Part shown: in pieces, positions 38,824 to 46,086 of the stretch
How positions within the stretch are numbered: the stretch's first letter is position 1
How the letters are laid out: each line of letters begins with the position of its first letter
Assembly: GCA_040882605.1 (NCBI GenBank)
Contig: JBBEAY010000017.1
Span: 27,933-91,932, forward strand
Direction of reading: 5' to 3'
DNA length: 64,000 bases
Origin: Actinomycetota bacterium
GTDB taxonomy: Bacteria; Actinomycetota; UBA4738; HRBIN12
Translations under genes and position numbers: made by a program
Notes under the pieces: generated by a model
Seen by the model: only the letters and a program-made list of their open reading frames with translations
What the model was told of the DNA's origin: nothing
Database searches by the model: none

Positions 38824-39522
38824 ATGGCCGACGAAGAAGAGCTCGATCTCACCACGCTTCCCGACGACGAGCTCGTGAAGCAGATGCACGACGATCTCTA
38901 CGACGGGCTCGCCGACGAGATCTTCGAGGGCACCAACATCCTGTTGGAACGCGGGTGGGGCGCCGACAAGGTGCTGAACGATGCGCTCGTCGAGGGCATG
39001 CGCATCGTGGGCATCGACTTCCGCGACGGCATCTTGTTCGTGCCCGAGGTGTTGCTCGCGGCCAACGCGATGAAGGCGGGCATGGCGATCCTGCGCCCGC
39101 TGCTCGCTGAGACCGGCGCCGAGCGCATGGGCACCGTGGTGATCGGCACCGTGAAGGGCGACATCCACGACATCGGCAAGAACCTCGTCGCGATGATGCT
39201 CGAGGGCGCCGGCTTCGACGTGATCGACCTCGGCATCAACAACCCGGTCGAGAAGTACTTGGCCGCGCTCGAGGAGCATCAGCCCGAGATCCTCGGAATG
39301 AGCGCGCTGCTCACGACCACGATGCCCTACATGAAGGTCGTGATCGACGAGCTCGAGGCCAAGGGGCTCCGTGACAAGTACATCGTGCTGGTCGGCGGTG
39401 CGCCGCTGAACGAGGAGTTCGGCAAGGCGGTCGGGGCCGACGCCTACTGCCGTGATGCCGCGGTCGCCACCGAGACCGCGCAGGCGTTGGTGCTGGCCAA
39501 GCGCGCTGCGGCGGCGTCGTGA
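38824..39522 (+). CDS. Corrinoid (cobalamin-binding) protein of a methyltransferase system (MtgC/MtbC-like)
   Basis: N-terminal helical cap followed by a B12-binding Rossmann domain with the DxHxxG motif (GTVKGDIHDIGKNLV) and GMSALLTTT. Start placed at MADEEEL after GGGGGGAGG. Confidence 0.82.
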   Translation: MADEEELDLTTLPDDELVKQMHDDLYDGLADEIFEGTNILLERGWGADKVLNDALVEGMRIVGIDFRDGILFVPEVLLAANAMKAGMAILRPLLAETGAERMGTVVIGTVKGDIHDIGKNLVAMMLEGAGFDVIDLGINNPVEKYLAALEEHQPEILGMSALLTTTMPYMKVVIDELEAKGLRDKYIVLVGGAPLNEEFGKAVGADAYCRDAAVATETAQALVLAKRAAAAS

Positions 39523-39543
39523 TGCTCCAGGAAGGTGCCGACC

Positions 39544-39873
39544 ATGGCTGAGCTGACGGTGATCAGGTGGCGGGACGTCCCGATGCAAGTGCTCGCGCGC
39601 GGCGCGGGAGGCGAGAGCGCGCGGGCGCTGCTTCCAGATCGGTTCCAGGAAGCGGTCGACGCCGCAGCCATGGTCGCCGGCCTGATCGGGTCCGATGACT
39701 ACACGGAGCAGATGCGCATGGACTCCCGGGAGTGCGGTGACGACTTGCAGCACGAGGTCGACACCGAGACCGTGACGATCCTCTCGGAGTGGGATGAGCA
39801 GGTGCTGCGCGAGACGATCCGCTCGGGCGGCGTCAGGGGCGGCGACCCGATCGCAGGCGGCGGCGGGCGGTAG
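39544..39873 (+). CDS. Small conserved hypothetical protein between the corrinoid protein and the pterin-binding methyltransferase
   Basis: About 110 aa, acidic, with a Gly-rich tail. It is spaced tightly on both sides (about 20 nt and 4 nt), so it is probably co-transcribed. No motif recognised. Confidence 0.5.
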   Translation: MAELTVIRWRDVPMQVLARGAGGESARALLPDRFQEAVDAAAMVAGLIGSDDYTEQMRMDSRECGDDLQHEVDTETVTILSEWDEQVLRETIRSGGVRGGDPIAGGGGR

Positions 39874-39877
39874 ATCT

Positions 39878-40861
39878 ATGGCTGACACCGTCGTGAGCTC
39901 GGCGACCCGCGAGGTCGTGATCGGCACGGGCCGTCCGTTCGTGATCATCGGTGAGCGCATCAACCCCACTGGGCGCAAGAAGCTCGCCGAGGAGATGAAG
40001 GCCGGTGACTTCACGACCGTGATCGCCGACACGCAGGCCCAAGTTGCCGCCGGGGCGCACATGCTCGACGTGAACGCCGGCATCCCGCTCGCCGACGAGC
40101 CGACGATCCTCGCCGAGACGGTGAAGCTCGTGCAGTCGCTCACCGACGTGCCGCTCTCGATCGATTCCTCGATCGTCGCCGCGTTGGAGGCCGGCCTCGC
40201 CGTGTATCAGGGCAAGCCACTCGTGAACTCCGTGACTGGCGAAGACGATCGCATCGAGACCGTGCTGCCGCTCGTCGCGAAGCACGGCGCGGCGGTCGTC
40301 GCGATCACCAACGACGAGACCGGCATCAGCGAGGACCCCGACGTGCGGTTCGCGGTGGCCGAGAAGATCGTGCGCGCGGCCGCCGACCACGGTATCGCCC
40401 CGCACGACATCGTCGTCGATCCGCTCGTGATGCCCGTGGGCGCCATGGGCACGGCCGGCCGGCAGGTCTTCGCCCTCGTGCGGCGACTGCACGACGAGCT
40501 CGGTGTCAACACGACGTGCGGCGCCTCCAACGTCTCGTTCGGGTTGCCGAACCGCAACGGGCTGAACGGCGCTTTCCTCGCGATGGCGATCGCCAACGGC
40601 ATGACGAGCGCGATCACCAGTCCGCTGCACGAGGAGGTGCGACAGGCCGTGATGGCCGCCGACGTGCTGATGGGCGCCGACGCGCACGCGGCCTCCTGGA
40701 TCCGACGCTACGGCGAGGGGCGGAGCCAGGGCGACGCCGCCACGGGGGGCAGGCGCGGAGGCCGCGCCGGGCGTCGGACGAGCGTCGAGCCGAGCGAGGG
40801 CGCAGCCTCGCCGGCCGAGCCGCCGGCCGAGCCGCCGGCCGAGGCGGCGCCAGAAACGTGA
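39878..40861 (+). CDS. Methyltetrahydrofolate:corrinoid methyltransferase (pterin-binding domain; MtgA/MetH-pterin-domain-like)
   Basis: A TIM-barrel pterin-binding pattern of the MetH/AcsE/MtrH type: PFVIIGERINPTGRKK, LDVNAG, SIDSS, NSV, CGASNVSFGLP. Confidence 0.75.
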   Translation: MADTVVSSATREVVIGTGRPFVIIGERINPTGRKKLAEEMKAGDFTTVIADTQAQVAAGAHMLDVNAGIPLADEPTILAETVKLVQSLTDVPLSIDSSIVAALEAGLAVYQGKPLVNSVTGEDDRIETVLPLVAKHGAAVVAITNDETGISEDPDVRFAVAEKIVRAAADHGIAPHDIVVDPLVMPVGAMGTAGRQVFALVRRLHDELGVNTTCGASNVSFGLPNRNGLNGAFLAMAIANGMTSAITSPLHEEVRQAVMAADVLMGADAHAASWIRRYGEGRSQGDAATGGRRGGRAGRRTSVEPSEGAASPAEPPAEPPAEAAPET

Positions 40862-42882
40862 CCGAAGCCGAAGGCTCGCTCGTCGTCTTCACGCCTTCCG
40901 GCAAGCGGGGCCGCGTCACCACGGACACCAACCTGCTCGAGGCCGCCCGCTCGCTCGGCGTCGACCTCGACTCGGTCTGCGGCGGGCGCGGCATCTGCGG
41001 CCGGTGTCAGATCGTCGTGGCCGAAGGCAAGTTCGCGAAGCACGCCATCACTTCGAGCGCCGATCACCTCACGCCGTTCAGCGAGCCGGAGACCCGCTTC
41101 CGCGAACGGAGCGGTCTCGCCGCCGACCGCCGGCTGGGTTGTCACGCCCGCGTGTGCGGTGACCTCGTGGTCGATGTGCCGCCCGAGAGCCAGCTGCATC
41201 GTCAGGTCATCCGCAAGGATGCCGACGCGCACCCGATCGAGGTCGACCCGGTGCTGCGACTGCATTACGTGGAAGTCCGCGAGCCCGATCTCGCCGATCC
41301 GAGCGGCGATCTACAGCGGGTCGCCGAGGCGCTCGAACGCGACTGGTCGCTCACGGGGCTCGCCGCCGACCCGCAAGTGCTCCCGTCTCTGCAGCGCACG
41401 CTGCGCACCGGCGACTGGAAGGTCACGGTCGCCGTGCACGACGGCGCCGCGATCACCGCGGTGTGGGCCGGCTTCCACGATTCGGCGCTCGGGGTGGCCT
41501 TCGACGTGGGGTCGACGACGGTGGCCGGGCACCTGTGCGACCTGCACACCGGCGAGGTGCTCGCGAGCGCCGGCGCGATGAATCCGCAGATCCGGTTCGG
41601 CGAGGACCTGATGAGCCGCGTCAGCTACGTGATGATGCATCCGGGTTCCGAGGCCGAGCTCACCGCTGCGATCCGAACTTGCGTGAACGTGCTCATCACC
41701 GATGTATGCGAGCAGGCCGGCGTCGAGCCGAACGATGTGCTCGAGCTCACCGTCGTCGGCAACCCGATCATGCACCACCTGTTCCTGGGACTCGATCCGA
41801 CCGAACTCGGCGGCGCGCCGTTCGCCCTCGTGACCGACGAGGCCGTGCATCGCACTGCCCGCGAGCTCGACCTGACCGCGACGAACGCCGGCGCGAGGGT
41901 CTACGTGCTTCCTTGCATCGCGGGGCACGTCGGTGCCGACACCGCCGGTGTGATCTTGAGCGAAGCACCGCATGAACAGGACACGGTGAACCTGATCGTC
42001 GATGTCGGCACGAACGCCGAGATCGTGCTCGGCAACCGCGACCGGCTGCTGGCTGCTTCCAGCCCGACGGGCCCGGCGTTCGAGGGCGCCCAGATCTCGT
42101 GCGGACAGCGCGCGGCGCCGGGTGCGATCGAGCGCGTGCGCATCGATCGGGACACGTTGGAGCCGAGGTTCCGGGTGATCGGCGACGAGAGATGGAGCGA
42201 CGAGCCGGACTTCGACGCGATGACGGTCACTGGGGTCGCGGGCAGCGGCATCATCGAGGCGATCGCGGAGCTGTTCCTGGCCGGCGTGATCACGGCCGAC
42301 GGGGTCATCGACGGCGCGCTCGCCTCCCGGAGCCCCCGTGTCGTCGCAGACGAGCGCACGTTCTCATACGTCTTGCACGAAGCGCCCGGCACTCCGAGGC
42401 TCGTGATCACCCAGAACGACGTTCGCCAGATCCAGCTCGCGAAAGGCGCCCTCTACGCGGGGTGTCGTCTCTTGATGGATGCCCTCGGCATCGAGACCGT
42501 CGACCGCATCAGGCTCGCCGGTGCATTCGGCGCGCACATCGACTCGGTGCACGCGATGGTGCTAGGGCTCGTGCCCGACTGCGATCCCAAGCACGTGACG
42601 AGCGCCGGGAACGCCGCCGGCACCGGCGCCCGGATCGCCCTGTTGAACCGAGCCGCTCGCGACGAGATCGAAGCGGTCGTGCGCCGCGTCGAGAAGCTCG
42701 AGACCGCCGTGGAGCCTCGGTTCCAAGAACACTTCGTGGGGGCGATGGGCATCCCTCACGCCACCGACGCGTTCCCGCGCCTCGCTAAGGTCGTGGATCT
42801 GCCGGCGCCACGCGCGCCAGAGGCCGGTGACCGTGTGCGACGCCGCCGGCGCACCACCCAACCCGAGAGGAGCAGCACATGA
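40858..42882 (+). CDS. Corrinoid reductive activase (RamA-like: 2Fe-2S ferredoxin domain plus ASKHA ATPase domain)
   Basis: GTG start overlaps the upstream stop (GTGA). The N-terminus carries a plant-type ferredoxin cluster, CGGRGICGRCQ ... C. The C-terminal roughly 550 aa match the ASKHA/DUF4445 family typical of RamA/RACE activases. Confidence 0.78.
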   Translation: MTEAEGSLVVFTPSGKRGRVTTDTNLLEAARSLGVDLDSVCGGRGICGRCQIVVAEGKFAKHAITSSADHLTPFSEPETRFRERSGLAADRRLGCHARVCGDLVVDVPPESQLHRQVIRKDADAHPIEVDPVLRLHYVEVREPDLADPSGDLQRVAEALERDWSLTGLAADPQVLPSLQRTLRTGDWKVTVAVHDGAAITAVWAGFHDSALGVAFDVGSTTVAGHLCDLHTGEVLASAGAMNPQIRFGEDLMSRVSYVMMHPGSEAELTAAIRTCVNVLITDVCEQAGVEPNDVLELTVVGNPIMHHLFLGLDPTELGGAPFALVTDEAVHRTARELDLTATNAGARVYVLPCIAGHVGADTAGVILSEAPHEQDTVNLIVDVGTNAEIVLGNRDRLLAASSPTGPAFEGAQISCGQRAAPGAIERVRIDRDTLEPRFRVIGDERWSDEPDFDAMTVTGVAGSGIIEAIAELFLAGVITADGVIDGALASRSPRVVADERTFSYVLHEAPGTPRLVITQNDVRQIQLAKGALYAGCRLLMDALGIETVDRIRLAGAFGAHIDSVHAMVLGLVPDCDPKHVTSAGNAAGTGARIALLNRAARDEIEAVVRRVEKLETAVEPRFQEHFVGAMGIPHATDAFPRLAKVVDLPAPRAPEAGDRVRRRRRTTQPERSST

Positions 42883-44438
42883 GCGACGAGTCAGCCACGC
42901 AGGATGCGCCCCGGCGACGTCGCACCGGTGGCCGGGAAGGACGTGCCGCCGCGCGCCTCGCCACCGTTGCCGAGAAGGTTCCGTTCATCACACGGGAGCT
43001 GACCCCGTTCGAGGTGTTGAGCGAGGAAGGTCTTGCGACGATCGAGCACAACGCCGACACGATCCTCGAACAGGTCGGCATCGACTTCCGCGAGGCACCT
43101 GATGCCCTGGAGCTGCTGAAGGGAGCGGGGTGCGACATCGATGGCGAGCGTGCGCGGTTCCCCCGCGGACTGGCGCGCCAGCTCGTGCAGGCCACCGCGC
43201 CGCGTGAGTTCGACCAGGTTGCAAGGAACCCCGCCAACAACGTGCACATCGGGGGCGCCGCCACCGTGCTCGCGCCGGCGTACGGTTCGCCGTTCGTGAG
43301 GGACCTCGACGGAGGACGGCGCTACGGCACGATCGAAGACTTCCGCAACTTCGTGAAGCTCGCGTACTCGACCCCCTACCTGCACCATTCGGGTGGCACG
43401 GTGTGCGAGCCGGTCGACCTGCCGGTCAACAAGCGGCATTACGACATGGTCTACGCGCACATGCGCTACTCCGACAAGGCATTCATGGGTTCGGTCACGC
43501 ATCCGCAGCGCGCGCAGGACACGGTCGAGATGGCGCGCATCCTGTTCGGCGCCGACGCGCTCGAGGCGCAGCCGCACGTGCTGAGCCTGATCAACGCGAA
43601 CTCGCCGCTCGTGTGGGACACGATCATGCTCGGCGCCGCGAAGGCCTATGCCGAGGCGAACCAGGCGGTGATCATGACGCCGTTCATCTTGGCGGGGGCG
43701 ATGAGTCCCGCGACGGCGGCGGGCGCGGCGACCCAGACGCTCGCTGAGGCGCTTGCGGGCATGGCGTACGTGCAGTTGGTGCGCCCCGGCGCTCCTGTCG
43801 TCTTCGGCTCGTTCGCCTCGTCGATGTCGATGCAGTCGGGAGCGCCGACGTTCGGAACGCCGGAGCCGGCCCTCGTGCTCTACGCGCTCGCTGCGTGCGC
43901 ACGGCGGCTCGGTGTGCCGTTCCGAAGCGGGGGCTCGCTCACCGCGTCGAAGGTCGCCGACGCGCAGGCGGCGTACGAGTCGGCGAACACGCTGCAGCCG
44001 ACCATGCTCGCCGGCGTGAACTTCGTGCTGCACGCCGCGGGCTGGCTCGAGGGCGGTCTCGCGATGGGCTACGAGAAGTTCGTGCTCGACCTCGACCAAT
44101 GCGGACAGATGCACGCGTTCGCCAAAGGCATGGACCTCTCGCCCAACGGCCAGGCGCTCGACGCGATCATCGAGAACGGTCCCGGTCAGCACTTCCTCGG
44201 CACAGCGCACACGCTCGCGAACTTCGAGACCGCCTTCTACCGATCCGAGATCGCCGACAACAACTCGTTCGAACAATGGGAGATCGAAGGCTCGCTCGAC
44301 GCAGCGATGCGCGCCAACGCCGTGTGGAAGCGGATGCTCGCCGAGTACGAGACGCCGCGTATCGACGAGGCCAAGGACGAGGAGCTCCGAGAGTGGATCG
44401 AGAAGAAGAAGGCGAGCTTCCCGGACTCGAACGTCTGA
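42879..44438 (+). CDS. MttB-superfamily (trimethylamine methyltransferase family) substrate:corrinoid methyltransferase without pyrrolysine; candidate glycine betaine methyltransferase (MtgB-like)
   Basis: 519-aa uninterrupted ORF with no in-frame amber codon. It has the length and TIM-barrel pattern of the COG5598 MttB family. The context (betaine importer, dimethylglycine oxidase, corrinoid protein, MtgA, RamA) points to a quaternary-amine substrate. Confidence 0.72.
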   Translation: MSDESATQDAPRRRRTGGREGRAAARLATVAEKVPFITRELTPFEVLSEEGLATIEHNADTILEQVGIDFREAPDALELLKGAGCDIDGERARFPRGLARQLVQATAPREFDQVARNPANNVHIGGAATVLAPAYGSPFVRDLDGGRRYGTIEDFRNFVKLAYSTPYLHHSGGTVCEPVDLPVNKRHYDMVYAHMRYSDKAFMGSVTHPQRAQDTVEMARILFGADALEAQPHVLSLINANSPLVWDTIMLGAAKAYAEANQAVIMTPFILAGAMSPATAAGAATQTLAEALAGMAYVQLVRPGAPVVFGSFASSMSMQSGAPTFGTPEPALVLYALAACARRLGVPFRSGGSLTASKVADAQAAYESANTLQPTMLAGVNFVLHAAGWLEGGLAMGYEKFVLDLDQCGQMHAFAKGMDLSPNGQALDAIIENGPGQHFLGTAHTLANFETAFYRSEIADNNSFEQWEIEGSLDAAMRANAVWKRMLAEYETPRIDEAKDEELREWIEKKKASFPDSNV

Positions 44439-44520
44439 CCCGGGGTCCGGCTTCGGTTCACGATCAGGCAGGCCGATACGCCATCATGATGCGCGGCCGC
44501 GGCAAGGAAGGCGGAACGAG

Positions 44521-45405
44521 GTGGCGTTGAGGATCGGCAAACGGCGAACGTCGGTGCTCCCCGAGGAACAGCGCGTCGCGTTGCGCGCGCTCCTTGAGCG
44601 GCCGAAGTTCGAGCTGATCCCGTTGAAGAACGCACGGGAGGCGGCAGAAGCGCTGCCGGTGGGCGCGATGGTCACGGTCACGGCCTCGCCGAGCCACGGC
44701 ATCGAGTCGACTATCGAGCTCGCTGAGCAGATGGTTGCGGCCGGTCACGATGCGGTGCCGCACCTATCCGCGCACATGATCCGCGACCGGGCGCACCTGG
44801 GCGAGCTGCTCGATCGGTGCCGGGGGGCCGGCTTGCGTGAAGCGTTCGTGGTGGGAGGTGATGCCAAGGAACCGGGAGAGTTCCACGACGGACTCACCCT
44901 GCTTCGTGCGATGCACGAGCTCGGCCACCCGTTCGAGACGGTCGGAGCGCCAGGCTACCCCGAGGGTCACCCCGGCATCAGCCGTGAGCGTCTGCTCGAG
45001 GTGCTGCTCGACAAGCAGGCCTACGTGTCGTACATGGCCACGCAGATGTGCTTCGATCCCGATGCGATCGTCGGCTGGATAGCCGAGATGCGCCGTCAGG
45101 GCGTGACGCTCGCCGTGCACCTGGGAACGCCCGGGGTCGCCGACATGGCGAAGCTCATCACTATCAGCGCGCGCATCGGCATCGCCGACAGCGCCCGCTA
45201 CCTCAAGAAGAACAAGCGCATGGTTGGACACTTGCTCACCCCCGGGAAGTTCGGGCCAGACGCTCTACTCGAAGGAGTGGCGCCGGCGCTCGCCGACCCG
45301 AGCGCGAAGATCGAAGCGGTGCACCTGTTCACGTTCAACCAGGTGAGTGCGACCGTCGAGTGGCAGCAGCGGATGCTCGCCGCGCTCGACGAAGCGTCGG
45401 AATGA
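44521..45405 (+). CDS. metF: 5,10-methylenetetrahydrofolate reductase (MetF family)
   Basis: GTG start after AAGGAAGG. MetF TIM-barrel pattern (FELIPL...VTASP...HLSAHMIRD...FVVGGD...GAPGYPEGHP...HLFTFN). Confidence 0.8.
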   Translation: MALRIGKRRTSVLPEEQRVALRALLERPKFELIPLKNAREAAEALPVGAMVTVTASPSHGIESTIELAEQMVAAGHDAVPHLSAHMIRDRAHLGELLDRCRGAGLREAFVVGGDAKEPGEFHDGLTLLRAMHELGHPFETVGAPGYPEGHPGISRERLLEVLLDKQAYVSYMATQMCFDPDAIVGWIAEMRRQGVTLAVHLGTPGVADMAKLITISARIGIADSARYLKKNKRMVGHLLTPGKFGPDALLEGVAPALADPSAKIEAVHLFTFNQVSATVEWQQRMLAALDEASE

Positions 45406-45833
45406 GTCGGGCCTTGGCGTCTCCGAGGGGTTCGGTGTCTGGCGGACATCTGCGTGGCCCATTTTCGAGTTTGGGCGTGACGGGCACACCTTCTCCATGG
45501 CGGAGATCCCGTTGGTGCTCGGGCTCTGTTTCGTGGCGCCGGCCAGGGTCGCCGCCGCGCAGCTCGCCGCCGCCGCGCTGATCGTGATCGGCGGCAGCAC
45601 TCCTTGGGGCTTGACCCAGACGCGGCCGTGCAGAGGTCACTGCCCTGGAACCTCGGGTCACGTTCTCGGCGTGTGCACGCCTATCCTCCATGGCAGACTG
45701 CGCTTCCGGTCAACGTGAACGGGGGTCATTCCGTGGAGCAGCGATACGACATCGTCGTGATGGGGGACGGGCACGGTCTCTCGTCGCGCCGCGTGTTAGG
45801 CGATCTGAACAAGGGACCTCACTAGCCGTGGCG

Positions 45834-46082
45834 ATGCACGTTCCATGCGGCCACTGCGGCCGGCGGCCGTTCACGGAGTTCTCGTTCGGCGGTGAGTGGC
45901 GAGAGATCGACGCCCCCGACGCCGAGTCGGACTTCGTACGCGTCTACCTGCCCGAGAACCCGGAAGGCCCGCAGCGCGAACGATGGTTCCACGCCATGGG
46001 TTGCCGCACCTGGACGACCGTGTTGCGCGACACGCGCACGAACCAGATCGAGCGCGACACGCGCACGAACGAGATCGGCTGA
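45834..46082 (+). CDS. soxD: Sarcosine oxidase delta subunit
   Basis: MHVPCGHCGRRPFTEFSFGGE matches the Cys-pair N-terminus of SoxD and is paralogous to 53613-53900. The 3' end contains an in-frame 27-bp tandem duplication (RDTRTNQIE/RDTRTNEIG). A GTG start 6 nt upstream is also possible. Confidence 0.8.
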   Translation: MHVPCGHCGRRPFTEFSFGGEWREIDAPDAESDFVRVYLPENPEGPQRERWFHAMGCRTWTTVLRDTRTNQIERDTRTNEIG

Positions 46083-46086
46083 CCAG

